From positions 34,609 to 98,608 of the forward strand of contig CAVWNU010000023.1 in the NCBI GenBank assembly GCA_963756435.1: a stretch of 64,000 bases of DNA, in the 5' to 3' direction. Position 1 is the stretch's first letter; each line of letters opens with the position of its first letter. The DNA comes from an uncultured Acidobacteriaceae bacterium. Its GTDB lineage: Bacteria > Acidobacteriota > Terriglobia > Terriglobales > Acidobacteriaceae. Both the position numbers and the translations under genes were made by a program. A model generated the notes under the pieces. It was not told the origin of the DNA and made no database searches. It saw only the letters and a program-made list of their open reading frames with translations. Positions 39,621 to 49,519 of this stretch are shown one piece after another.

Positions 39621-39819
39621 AGCGAGTGGGTCCCGGCGAAGCTCAAGATAGCACACAGACGAACACCAGCCATCCACCCTAAGGAGTAGCCGTCAGCTCG
39701 AGGTATCCATCGCCTCACGCCCCGCCCGTCCGGATCAACCATTCGATGGATGGCATGCCTCGGCATCCTCGCGGTACGATCCGCGTCACGGCGTGCAGTA
39801 CAGCACAAGGAGACACCCG

Positions 39820-40206
39820 ATGCCCGGAAAAATCACTTTGTATTCTGCAATCGCAGCAGCTGCAGTCGCGATTCCATTCCTAAGCTTCGCGCAGAGTGGG
39901 AATGCAGGGAAAAGTACGTCCATCACTGGTTGGGTAATCGATTCGTCATGCGCCTATAGAAAGAGCCTTGACAAGCCGATCAGCGTGGCGTGTGCGAAAG
40001 CCTGCGCGCGCAGCGGCTCGCCCCTCGTTATACTTCGCGACGATGGCGCCATCTTCCTGCCCATCGACGGTAAGACGCCCGCCTCATCCCAGAATGCCAG
40101 GCTGCTCCCATTTGCCGGAGAGCACGTAACCGTGAGCGGCACGGAATATGCGCACGGCGATTCCCACGGCATCGTTATCGCCTCGATTCAGCACGACAAT
40201 CACTGA
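39820..40206 (+). CDS. small exported protein with C-x13-CxxxC motif
   Basis: AAGGAG RBS, signal peptide MPGKITLYSAIAAAAVAIPFLSFA, ITGWVIDSSC...VACAKACARSGSPL...VTVSG. Confidence 0.75.
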   Translation: MPGKITLYSAIAAAAVAIPFLSFAQSGNAGKSTSITGWVIDSSCAYRKSLDKPISVACAKACARSGSPLVILRDDGAIFLPIDGKTPASSQNARLLPFAGEHVTVSGTEYAHGDSHGIVIASIQHDNH

Positions 40207-40219
40207 TCGAGCGCAAATT

Positions 40220-40450
40220 CTGAGTGGGACCCGTGCAGCACCAGCATCGCCAGCCGTCCCCGGACGTCGTGTACTCGAGCATCTCCCGGTCCCCAATCGA
40301 ATTGCCAAACGCGGCGTGGGGAATCCGCCCGATCATCAGGTGGATGCCTTCCGGCTTGCCCGCATTGTCGTTGTTCAGAAGCAGCTTCGGATCCTTCGTC
40401 AGGACTGGCTCCCCGGTCGCGTCGTAGCCGAACGTGGTGCCACCCCCCTT
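40220..40450 (-). pseudogene. internal fragment of a HAD-family phosphatase
   Basis: Minus strand reads TFGYDATGEPVLTKDPKLLLNNDNAGKPEGIHLMIGRIPHAAFGNS../DREMLEYT../LAMLVLH; no start and truncated. Confidence 0.6.
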
Positions 40451-40505
40451 TCGTTGTTTCGCTGACCAACATCGCTTGAGGGATGTGGCCTGCAGGGCGT
40501 GGCTG

Positions 40506-41267
40506 TCAGTGCTTCAGCGGGATCGAATGCAGCCTTTTCATCGCGGTGCCGTAGTTCCCGAGGTGATAGACGGATGCTCCGACGGGCGAGAAGGTAAAGT
40601 CTTCGAACGGTGCGGCGACCATGCTGTTCAAAAAGTCGACAGTGCCTAAGCCAATGGTGACGTGCGGGACTGTAATGCTCTCCGCTGTGCTCGGGAACGA
40701 AGACCTCGACGTAGTGAATCAGCGGCGCGATTATATCGGGGTCCTGGGGAGTGGTGACGTATGCGGCGGCAGTCCCTGTGGACGCCGTGAAAGGCGTGAC
40801 CGCATCAATCAATTCCTGCTGGAGTCTGAGCAGGTCGGCTGTCGGCTTCAATCACGATGCTCCCCGAGCGCCAACAGGTCTTGTCATCTCGGTACCTGTG
40901 TAATAGTATTTGAACGCCTTAAGCTTCCAACTGGTCGGATTCTCTTTGGCAAAGACTTTATCGGCTGCTGCGTACACTTTGGGGAGGTCCGCTGTTTTGA
41001 CATACCGCTGCAGCATGAGACGTGTGGGGCATGTGCGCCGCCTAACGTGAAGCCCTTGGGGTAATTCTGGAGGAGCCGGGCATTGGCGGCCTGGGCGTGT
41101 TGGATCATCGTTGCGTCGGGGTCAAGCAGGATGTCGATAGCCGTGACGCCGTTTTGTCCGGCAGGAGCAGTCGCTTGCTGTGCCCTCGCACTTCCAGAAT
41201 GCATTGCCATCGCAATCCCCATGGCTCCGAACAGGAGCAGAAACAGGGATCTCTTGATTAGCTTCAT
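40506..41267 (-). pseudogene. exported 2H-phosphoesterase (2'-5' RNA ligase superfamily)-like protein, several frameshifts
   Basis: Signal peptide MKLIKRSLF..ARA; stitched frames give APHVS and PHVTIGLG (two HxS/T motifs), ending ..YHLGNYGTAMKRLHSIPLKH. Confidence 0.6.
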
Positions 41268-41530
41268 ATGATTCCTTTCCTCGAGCTCGATCCCCTGATT
41301 CCCGAGGCCAGAATATGTAGGCAGGCGAAACCCAATCATCAGAGAGCGACTGAGACGTCACAACGGACACTAGCGACAGGTGCGGAGAATTTTCCACGCG
41401 GCAGCATGCGCACACCGGCATCGCCGCCTATCCATCGTGAGAGCAAGTAGCACTTCAAATGTCGTAATTGCCAGCCGTAGCAGAGTCCGCAAATGCGTCT
41501 CCAGGCCAAAGGTCTTGACAACTTCCACCC

Positions 41531-42148
41531 CTAAGCACTCTTCGCCTGCGGAGCCGCGAGCGCATTCCCCCCGTGCCCAAACATCCGCCGGAACGCCTTC
41601 ACCACCCAGCGCACCGCAAAGATCGCCACCCCAACCGCCGCCAGAGCAATGGTCGCGCTCGCCCATGGATGCACCGTCACCAGCCAACTCAGCCCGACGG
41701 CCCCGGCATCTTCCGCCGTGCTCAGCGCGATGTTCGAGATCGGCTCCGGACTCGGCGTCACCGCCGCGCGCACCGCCGTCTTCGAACCATGCGCCGCCAG
41801 CGCAATGCCTGAGCCGACCGCCACTGCCAGCAACTGCATCGCCGGCGACAGATGGGTCGTTGCGCCATAAGCCAGCAGTGCCGCCACCGGAATGCGCACA
41901 AACGTGTGCAGCGCATTCCACACCAAATCGACTCCTGGAATCTTGTCGGCGACAAACTCCGCCGCAAACAGCGCCGCGCTCGCGCCGATCACCCACCAGT
42001 CGCCCAGCATCTCCAGGCCGCCGGGCAGCACCGCCCAGTGCAGCCGCGCCAGCACGCCCAGCGTCAACACTGTCGCATACACATTGAGGCCCGCGGCAAA
42101 GCTCGCTGCAATCACCAGCGCCGCAATCGTGCTCGGTGAAAAGTTCAT
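41531..42148 (-). CDS. DUF4126-like membrane protein
   Basis: SFAAGLNVYAT, EFVADKIPGVDLVWNALHTFVR, PEPISNIALSTAED. Confidence 0.8.
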   Translation of the reverse strand: MNFSPSTIAALVIAASFAAGLNVYATVLTLGVLARLHWAVLPGGLEMLGDWWVIGASAALFAAEFVADKIPGVDLVWNALHTFVRIPVAALLAYGATTHLSPAMQLLAVAVGSGIALAAHGSKTAVRAAVTPSPEPISNIALSTAEDAGAVGLSWLVTVHPWASATIALAAVGVAIFAVRWVVKAFRRMFGHGGNALAAPQAKSA

Positions 42149-42256
42149 CGCAGACCTCCGGTGGCCCACATCTTACGCTTGCAGCCCGTCACCGTGAGCC
42201 TGTAAGACCTGTAACAGGAACGCCAGCCCACCATCAAAGGTTCCCCGGAGGCCACC

Positions 42257-42940
42257 ATGCCCGACGTCTCCCTGTTCGAACGCATTGCCAGCGGCCGCAC
42301 TGACCTAGTCTTCGACTATCTCGCCGCCGGCAACGCCGCCACCAGCACCGATGCGAATGGCGTCTCGCTCCTGCAGCATTGCGCCTACTACGGCGATGTG
42401 AGCGCCATCCGCCATCTGCTGGCAAACGGCGCACCGCTCAAGACTCTCGGCAACGACCTCGGCCTCAACAACGCCTGCTTCCACGGCCATTGGCGGCTCG
42501 CACAGTTCCTGCTGGAACAGGGTGCCGATGCGAACTACACCGATCCCGACAACGGCGAAACCCCATTGCACGCCGCACTCTGCACCACCGAGCGCATCAC
42601 GCACAATCGCGTCATGCGTGTGCTTCTTGCCCACGGAGCCGATCCCAACCGCACCACCAAACCCGGTATGGAGACCGGCGGCTTCATGCGCGACGTCCGC
42701 ACCCGCGGCGAAACCCCGCTGCACCGCGCCGCGGCCTTCGGCGATGACGAGGCTATCAAGATGTTGCTCGAAGCCGGCGCAAAGCCCGACGCCAAAGACG
42801 CGAACGGCGACTCGCCCCTGAGCTGGGCAAGCTGGCATCTGCGTCCCGACGCCATTCTTCGCCTGCTCTTGTACGGCGGCTTCCGCATCCACCCGCAGCG
42901 CACCAGCATGCGCGAATACTTACAGGGCGAGCCGCGTTAG
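42257..42940 (+). CDS. ankyrin repeat protein
   Basis: Repeated GETPLHxAA / LLxxGADxN units. Confidence 0.9.
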   Translation: MPDVSLFERIASGRTDLVFDYLAAGNAATSTDANGVSLLQHCAYYGDVSAIRHLLANGAPLKTLGNDLGLNNACFHGHWRLAQFLLEQGADANYTDPDNGETPLHAALCTTERITHNRVMRVLLAHGADPNRTTKPGMETGGFMRDVRTRGETPLHRAAAFGDDEAIKMLLEAGAKPDAKDANGDSPLSWASWHLRPDAILRLLLYGGFRIHPQRTSMREYLQGEPR

Positions 42941-42953
42941 CGATAAAGAGCCT

Positions 42954-43541
42954 TCAGCGGTTTTGAAATGAAGTGCAGCTTGTCGGAGATTTCTGCCCGT
43001 CCACCACCACCCAGCCATTGTCCGCCGTGCGATGCGTCGAGCAGTGCACGTCGTGGATGCCCGCCACGAACCGCGAGCCCTGGTCGAAGAAGGCCTGTCC
43101 ATACGCGTAGACCTGCGCTCCCTTGGGCGCTGTCACCACGCCATCCAGGTCGTCGTTGATCACCACTTCCACCAGCTTCGATCCCGCGCCAGGCAGATTC
43201 ACCACCAGCGGCAAAATCTCATGGCTGCCATGCCGTCCACCCCGCTGCGTGCGCGAAGGGCTGATGGTCGTACCGCACACCATCACGTTGTCCACATTCC
43301 CTTGCGTCTGCTGCGCCAGCAGTCCGGCCAGTTTCTGGTTCACCTCGGGCGTGCAACTCTGCGGCACAGCCACATCGCGGTCGCCATGTGAAATCGCCGA
43401 CGCATGGGCAGCGGCCGGTGCAGAGGGCGAGGAACCCGGAGGTGGCGCTGAGTGGTTATTCAGCAACCAGAATGCCGCCAGTAAAACCAGCACGACCACC
43501 GAACCCGCAACATGCTTGGGACGCATGCGCTCATCACACAC
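42954..43541 (-). CDS. membrane-anchored hypothetical protein (DUF3465-like)
   Basis: N-terminal TM, Pro/Ala linker, C-terminal GIHDVHCSTH...NGWVVVDG. Confidence 0.55.
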   Translation of the reverse strand: MCDERMRPKHVAGSVVVLVLLAAFWLLNNHSAPPPGSSPSAPAAAHASAISHGDRDVAVPQSCTPEVNQKLAGLLAQQTQGNVDNVMVCGTTISPSRTQRGGRHGSHEILPLVVNLPGAGSKLVEVVINDDLDGVVTAPKGAQVYAYGQAFFDQGSRFVAGIHDVHCSTHRTADNGWVVVDGQKSPTSCTSFQNR

Positions 43542-43606
43542 GTGCGAGCCGCAAGCTGTCCAGACATCCCCGTTATGCTTTGATAAGCGCTATGGGGAAC
43601 GGTGCC

Positions 43607-44125
43607 ATGAAAGCAGCAGAGCAATGGATCGAGCGCCTCAGCCTCCAGCCGCATCCTGAAGGCGGCCACTACCGCCAGACCTACCACGCCCCGCTCGTCT
43701 TGCCGCACTCCGCGCTCCCCGGCTATGCTGGCGACCGCGCCGCCTCCACCGCGATCTACTTCCTGCTCGCTGGAGATCAGTTCTCCGCGCTCCATCGTCT
43801 GCGCTCGGATGAGGTGTGGCACTTCTACGCCGGCTCCGCGCTTGTCGTGCAAGTGATCGAACCCCACGGCGTCTACAGCGAAATCCTGCTCGGCAACAAT
43901 CCCGACGCGGGCGAACACTTCCAGGCCGTCGTCCCCGCCGGATGCTGGTTCGGCTCCTCGCTGCGCCATCCCAACGCTTACGCACTCGTCGGCTGCACCG
44001 TAGCACCCGGCTTCGACTTCGCCGATTTCGAAATGGCACAACGCGATGATCTAACCGCGCGCTACCCGCAGCATCGCGCCATCATCGAGCGCCTCACGCG
44101 AGACAAGGAGACAGTGTCATCCTGA
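43607..44125 (+). CDS. cupin_5 (DUF985) family protein
   Basis: LSLQPHPEGGHYRQT, STAIYFLL, HRLRSDEVWHFYAG, LVGCTVAPGFDFADFE. Confidence 0.92.
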   Translation: MKAAEQWIERLSLQPHPEGGHYRQTYHAPLVLPHSALPGYAGDRAASTAIYFLLAGDQFSALHRLRSDEVWHFYAGSALVVQVIEPHGVYSEILLGNNPDAGEHFQAVVPAGCWFGSSLRHPNAYALVGCTVAPGFDFADFEMAQRDDLTARYPQHRAIIERLTRDKETVSS

Positions 44126-44186
44126 GCGAAGTACCCGCAGTTTTTCGGGTGCCTTCTCCTACGCAAAGCGTACGGTGGGAAGGCGA

Positions 44187-46832
44187 TTATTCCGCCCGCA
44201 AAGCCTCCACCGGATTCACCGAAGCCGCACGGTGCGCGGGCAGATAACTTGCGACCAGCGCCGCCACGCCCAGCAATAGCGACACACCCAGCAGTGTCGG
44301 CGCATCCCACGCCTTCACCTGAAACAGCAGCTTGCCCATCAGTGACAGCACCGTCACCGAGCACAGCAATCCCGCCGCCACGCCCAACGCCGTAAGCCGC
44401 GCCGCCTCCTTCAACACCAGCCCGTAGATCGTGCCACGCTGCGCGCCCAGCGCCATGCGCACCCCAATCTCCCGCGTCCGCTGGCTCACCGAGTAGGCCA
44501 CCACGCCGTATAGTCCGACCACGCCCAGCAGCGCAGCCAGCGCGGCAAAGCCGCCCACCATCCACGCCGCCGAGCGATGCAGGTACGCTGTCTGCGATTC
44601 CTGAATCCGCAGATTCATCGTTGTCTGGTCGATCACGCCCAAGTCTCGATCGATCCCCCGCACCGCCGCCGCCAGCTCCGGCAGCATCGCGGCCTCCGAT
44701 CCCTTCGTGCGCACTATCGCGCCAACAAAGTTGTCCGGACTCTGAAACATCGGATAGTAGATCGCGGGCCAGATCTCTTCATCCAGCGGCCCTTCGCGAA
44801 AGTTATCGACCACGCCCACGATTATCTTCATCGAATCCGGTGTCAAATCCCCGTTGCCCACCCGTTTCCCTACCGGGTCCTCCCCGTGAAAATACTTCTG
44901 CGCCAGCGCCTCGTTGATAATCGCCACCTTGGGATGTGTCGCATCGTCATCCGGGGTAAAGTCACGTCCTTGCAGCAGCTTCGCCTGAATCGTGTTGAAA
45001 TAGCCCGGCGACACATCGCGCTCCAGCGACTCGTTGTGCTCGCCGTTGTACGGATGTCCCTCGAAGCGCAGCCAGTCTGTGTCCCCGTTGTAGCCCACAG
45101 GCTCGTCGGAAGTGAGTGCCGCCGACTGGACGCCCGGCACCGCATTCAATCGATCGAAGAGCTGGCGGTCCAGCCGCCGGAGATCTTCGTCCTTTTTGTA
45201 GACCGCACGCGATCCTGAAACCTCGAAGGTTGCCAGGTGATCCGGCGCAAAGCCGAGTTCCACACGCAGCAGCCGGTACAGGCTCTTGCCCAGGAGGCCC
45301 GCGCCTGCGAGCAGTATCATCGCGATGGCCAGCTCCGCCACCACCAGGTTCGATCCCAGCTTTCGCCAAAGCGTCCCCGCCGCCCCGCGTCCGCCTTCGT
45401 TCAGTCCGTCGTGCAACTCTCGCGTAGGCAGACGCACCAGCGGTGTCAGCGCGAACAGCACCGTCGCCACCGCCGCAATCGCCAGGGTAAACAGCACCAG
45501 GTGCAGGTTCAGTCCCAGGTCCTCGAGGTACGGCATCTGCTCCATGCCCTGTTTCGGGATCGACCGCAGCAGCACCTGCATCACGCCCAGCGACACCCCA
45601 AGTCCCAGCACGCTGCCCATCGCCACCAGCGCCACGCCTTCGGTAAGAAACTGCCGCACCAGCCGCATCGGCGACGCGCCCAGCGCCCCGCGCACCGCCA
45701 TCTCGCGCCGGCGGCTCTCCGCACGCACCAGCAACAGGCTCGACACGTTTACGCATGCAATCAGCAGCAACAGTCCCGCGCCCGCCAGCAAAACCAGCAG
45801 AATCGGCCGCACCGTCCCCACAACGGCTTCGCTCAGCGGCAGGATCGCCGCATCTTGGCCGCGATTCTCTGGATATACCTTCGCCAGTTGCGATGCGATC
45901 CCTCGCAGATCCTGCTGGGCCTGCGCCAGCGACACGCCATCCTTCAGCCGCCCCACCCCATACATCCCGTGACAGCTCCGCCGCAGGTCGCACTCGCTCT
46001 CCGCATGGAACGGTGTCCAGAACTCCGGCGCGCCGCGCGGCGCAAAGTTGAACCCCTTCGGCAGCACACCCACAACCGTGTAAGGCACATCGCTCAACGA
46101 AACCGCCTGGCCGATGATGTCCCGCCGTCCGCCGAAGCGATGCTGCCAGGTCGTGTAACTCATCATCGTGGTCCGCGGTCCGCTCGGTCGATCCTCGCCC
46201 GCGAAGAAATCGCGTCCCAGTATCGGCACGACGCCGAGCGTGCGGAAGAATCCATCGGTCACCCGTATCCCTGCGACCGGTTCGACGCCGTCGTGCGTGC
46301 GCAGCGCATAACCGGTGCCGGACCACGCATCCAGGGACTGGAACGATTTGTTCATCCGCTTCCAGTCCAGATAATCCGGATACGAAAGATTCGAATGCGC
46401 GAATGCCGCGGCGCTCTCGTACACGGCAGCCAACCGTTGCGGCTGGTAGTAGGGCAGCGGCTTCAGCAGCGCCGCATCCACAAATGCGAACAGCGCCGCG
46501 CTCGCCGCAATCCCCAGCGTCAAAATTAGGATCGCCGTCACCGCAAAACCGGGATTCTTCACCAGTTGCCGGAAAGCAAACCGCAAATCCTGCAACAGGT
46601 TTTCGACCAGTGGCAGCGTGTCGCGCTCGCGATACGCCTGTCGCGTCCGCTCCGCCCCCCCCAATTTCAGAAGCGCCCGGCGGCGCGCCTCCTCGGCAGA
46701 CATCCCCATGCGCTCGTTCTCTTCGGTCTGCATTTGGATGTGGCTCTCGATCTCATCTGACATCTCCCGCTCGCGCGAAGAATCACGAGCCAGGCCCCGC
46801 ATCCGCTGCCACCACGCCCTCAGTGTTCGCAT
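44187..46832 (-). CDS. ADOP-type duplicated MacB/FtsX ABC permease
   Basis: QDLRFAFRQLVKNPGF, LLLIACVNVSSLLL, RREMAVRGALGA, VSQRTREIGVRMALGA, PVEALRAE. Confidence 0.92.
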   Translation of the reverse strand: MRTLRAWWQRMRGLARDSSREREMSDEIESHIQMQTEENERMGMSAEEARRRALLKLGGAERTRQAYRERDTLPLVENLLQDLRFAFRQLVKNPGFAVTAILILTLGIAASAALFAFVDAALLKPLPYYQPQRLAAVYESAAAFAHSNLSYPDYLDWKRMNKSFQSLDAWSGTGYALRTHDGVEPVAGIRVTDGFFRTLGVVPILGRDFFAGEDRPSGPRTTMMSYTTWQHRFGGRRDIIGQAVSLSDVPYTVVGVLPKGFNFAPRGAPEFWTPFHAESECDLRRSCHGMYGVGRLKDGVSLAQAQQDLRGIASQLAKVYPENRGQDAAILPLSEAVVGTVRPILLVLLAGAGLLLLIACVNVSSLLLVRAESRRREMAVRGALGASPMRLVRQFLTEGVALVAMGSVLGLGVSLGVMQVLLRSIPKQGMEQMPYLEDLGLNLHLVLFTLAIAAVATVLFALTPLVRLPTRELHDGLNEGGRGAAGTLWRKLGSNLVVAELAIAMILLAGAGLLGKSLYRLLRVELGFAPDHLATFEVSGSRAVYKKDEDLRRLDRQLFDRLNAVPGVQSAALTSDEPVGYNGDTDWLRFEGHPYNGEHNESLERDVSPGYFNTIQAKLLQGRDFTPDDDATHPKVAIINEALAQKYFHGEDPVGKRVGNGDLTPDSMKIIVGVVDNFREGPLDEEIWPAIYYPMFQSPDNFVGAIVRTKGSEAAMLPELAAAVRGIDRDLGVIDQTTMNLRIQESQTAYLHRSAAWMVGGFAALAALLGVVGLYGVVAYSVSQRTREIGVRMALGAQRGTIYGLVLKEAARLTALGVAAGLLCSVTVLSLMGKLLFQVKAWDAPTLLGVSLLLGVAALVASYLPAHRAASVNPVEALRAE

Positions 46833-46840
46833 AATTCCTC

Positions 46841-49519
46841 CTATTCCGTCCGCAGAGCCCGCATCGGTTCAATCGCAGCAGCGCGTCGCGCCGGCGCCAC
46901 TCCGGCAAGAAAGACGGTCAGCAGCAGGCAGCCAGCCGCGGCGCAGTAACTCGCGGGATCGAACGGCGCGACACCAAAGAGCAGCGACCGCACCATCCGC
47001 ACCGCAGCAATGGAGCCCGCGCCGCCCACTACCAGGCCGATCATCGTGGTCCACGCGCTGCCGCTCAGCACCAGCCGGAAGACCGCTGCGCGCGTCGATC
47101 CCAGGGCAATGCGTAGGGCGAACTCGCGATGGCGTTCGATCACCGAGTACGCCATCACCGCATAGAGTCCGAGCATCGCCACCAGCACGCTCGAGAGCGC
47201 GTAAACCGCCAGCAGCTCCGCGGGAACCCGGGACATCAGGTAACTCTCGCCAATCACCTCTTCGAGCGTGCGCACGTCTTGCAGCGGCAGCGCGGGGTCC
47301 AGGCCAGTCACTGCCTGCCAGAGCTGCGCAACCACCGCCGCCGCAGGCGTAGTACGCGACCGAAGCGCCACGATGACATAAGGCGAATAGTGCTGCGCCA
47401 GCGCCAGGAACAGCACCGGCTGAGGGTTCGTATTTGTGGGGTCGTGGTAGGCGTAATCGCGGACGACGCCGACAATCCGGTGCGGTTGCTTATTGATAAT
47501 CACCCCGCTGCCGATCGCATCGCCTTTGGGCCAGTAGCGGTGCGCCATCGTCTCATTGATCACTGCGACCGCTGCGCTGGAACCAGTGTCGCCGCTGTCG
47601 AACTCCCGTCCCTGGCGCAGTGCAATACCCATCGTATGGAAGAAATCGGGACCCTCAAGATCGGTGATGATCTCCATCTCTTCACCTTTAGCGGGGACGT
47701 AGCCGGGGATCTTGAAGTCCCACGTATTGCCGGAACCGTAATCCCCCATCGGCGGGTGCGAGGTGAGCGTCGCAGAGACGACCCCGGGCGCATTTCGCAG
47801 CCGGTCGAGCAGCGCCGTCTGAAACGTCCAGCCGCGCGGTTCCGTGTATCCTGCCCCGGAAAGATTCACGCTTGCAGTTAGAACATCGCTCGGATCGAAA
47901 CCGGTGGTGCGGTTCACGATGTTGAGAGCCGTGCGCGTCAGCAGGCCGCAGCAAACCAGTACGACGAAACAGATGCCGAGTTGCAGGCTCAGCACGATCC
48001 GGCGGCCGAATCTGTAGCGTGAGCTGCCGGTAACCGCCGCACCGCCTTCATGCAGCGCCTCGTTTTGCGAGACACGCAGTGTCTGCCGCACCGGATAAAT
48101 GCCACAAACGAGCGTGACTGCCGCGCCGACAACAATGACGAACAGCAGAATGCGTGTATCGCTGTGCAGGTTGAAAGCCAGCGGCATACCGAAACTCGGC
48201 AGCAATACATAGAGCGCCTGCGCCATGCCGGCACTCGCAGCCCAACCTGCCAGCACCCCGGCGAAAGCCAGCAACCCGGCCTCTGCCAGCACCTGCGCCG
48301 CAATGCGGCCAGGCGTCGCGCCCAGCGCGCTGCGGATCGCGATCTCCCGCCGGCGGCGTGCTGCATGCTGGGCCAGCAGCGAAGCGATATTGATGCACAC
48401 CAGCAACATCAGCAGGACCGACGCGCCCGACAAGATCGGCAACTGCTGGCCCACCATGCCGAAGAAGCCCCGTTCGAAATGTGCGGCATCACGCAGGTTC
48501 AGATCCCAACGTTGTAGGTTTCTGTCGGGATGCTGCCCCGCGAAGGCGCGAGCCAAGGTGTGCAACTCGGTCACCGCGGCACGATCGCGCACCTCCGGTT
48601 GCAGACGTACAGCCACCTGCAGTCCGTATTGCTCCAGCGGATCGGGTGGCGAGTTTGGAGATAAATTGCGCAAGCCGGAGAGCGGGAGCCACGCCGCTTC
48701 GGCCATGCCGCCGAATATTCCGGCAAACTCCGCTGGGGCTACGCCCGCCACCGTAAAGGCATGCTTGTTCACCGTCAGCGTGTGTCCCAGCACAGATGGG
48801 TCTGCATGAAAGCGCTCGCGCCACAGCGCGTCGGACAGCACGATCTCGTCATGAACGCCGAAAGCGCGATCATCGGCGTCAGCCTGAAAGAATCGCCCGA
48901 TCTGCGGCCGTATGCCGAGGAACGGGAAGTAGTTCGAGGAAACCACGCCGACAGCCATGGCCTGCGGCTCTGCGGCCGGCTGCGCCAGGTTGACCGAGGT
49001 CTGGGCGAACGCGATCGCTTCCCGCCACGAGCGTCCCGCTGCGCGCAGGAAATGGTACGCGTCGTAATGCACCGAGTAGCCTTCATTCCCCAGCACCGTC
49101 GCATCGATAAACCGAAGCTGGCGCGGCGCGGCGACGTGCGGCCATGGGTTGTACAGCACTGCATTCGTCCACGTGGCAACTGTGGTGAGTGCGCCGATTC
49201 CAAGCGCCAGCGTGAGCACGGCAGTGAGCGTGAATCCAGGGGCTCTGCGCAACTGCCGCAGTGCATAACGCAGATCGTGCAGCAGGTTTTCAAGCCATGG
49301 CAGTGTGTCGCGCTCGCGGTACGCCTGCCGCGTCCGCTCCGCTCCACCCAGCTTCAGGATCGCCTTGCGCCGCGCCTCCTGCGGACTCATCCCCGCGCGC
49401 TCGTTGTCCTCGGCCTGCATCCGGATATGGCTCTCGATCTCATCTGCCATCTCCTGCTCGCGCGAAGAATCGCGAGCCAGGCCCCGCACTCGCTGCCACC
49501 ACGCGCGTAGCTGTCTCAT
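46841..49519 (-). CDS. ADOP-type duplicated MacB/FtsX ABC permease
   Basis: HDLRYALRQLRRAPGF, REIAIRSALGA, EPMRALRTE; start overlaps the padR stop. Confidence 0.92.
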   Translation of the reverse strand: MRQLRAWWQRVRGLARDSSREQEMADEIESHIRMQAEDNERAGMSPQEARRKAILKLGGAERTRQAYRERDTLPWLENLLHDLRYALRQLRRAPGFTLTAVLTLALGIGALTTVATWTNAVLYNPWPHVAAPRQLRFIDATVLGNEGYSVHYDAYHFLRAAGRSWREAIAFAQTSVNLAQPAAEPQAMAVGVVSSNYFPFLGIRPQIGRFFQADADDRAFGVHDEIVLSDALWRERFHADPSVLGHTLTVNKHAFTVAGVAPAEFAGIFGGMAEAAWLPLSGLRNLSPNSPPDPLEQYGLQVAVRLQPEVRDRAAVTELHTLARAFAGQHPDRNLQRWDLNLRDAAHFERGFFGMVGQQLPILSGASVLLMLLVCINIASLLAQHAARRRREIAIRSALGATPGRIAAQVLAEAGLLAFAGVLAGWAASAGMAQALYVLLPSFGMPLAFNLHSDTRILLFVIVVGAAVTLVCGIYPVRQTLRVSQNEALHEGGAAVTGSSRYRFGRRIVLSLQLGICFVVLVCCGLLTRTALNIVNRTTGFDPSDVLTASVNLSGAGYTEPRGWTFQTALLDRLRNAPGVVSATLTSHPPMGDYGSGNTWDFKIPGYVPAKGEEMEIITDLEGPDFFHTMGIALRQGREFDSGDTGSSAAVAVINETMAHRYWPKGDAIGSGVIINKQPHRIVGVVRDYAYHDPTNTNPQPVLFLALAQHYSPYVIVALRSRTTPAAAVVAQLWQAVTGLDPALPLQDVRTLEEVIGESYLMSRVPAELLAVYALSSVLVAMLGLYAVMAYSVIERHREFALRIALGSTRAAVFRLVLSGSAWTTMIGLVVGGAGSIAAVRMVRSLLFGVAPFDPASYCAAAGCLLLTVFLAGVAPARRAAAIEPMRALRTE

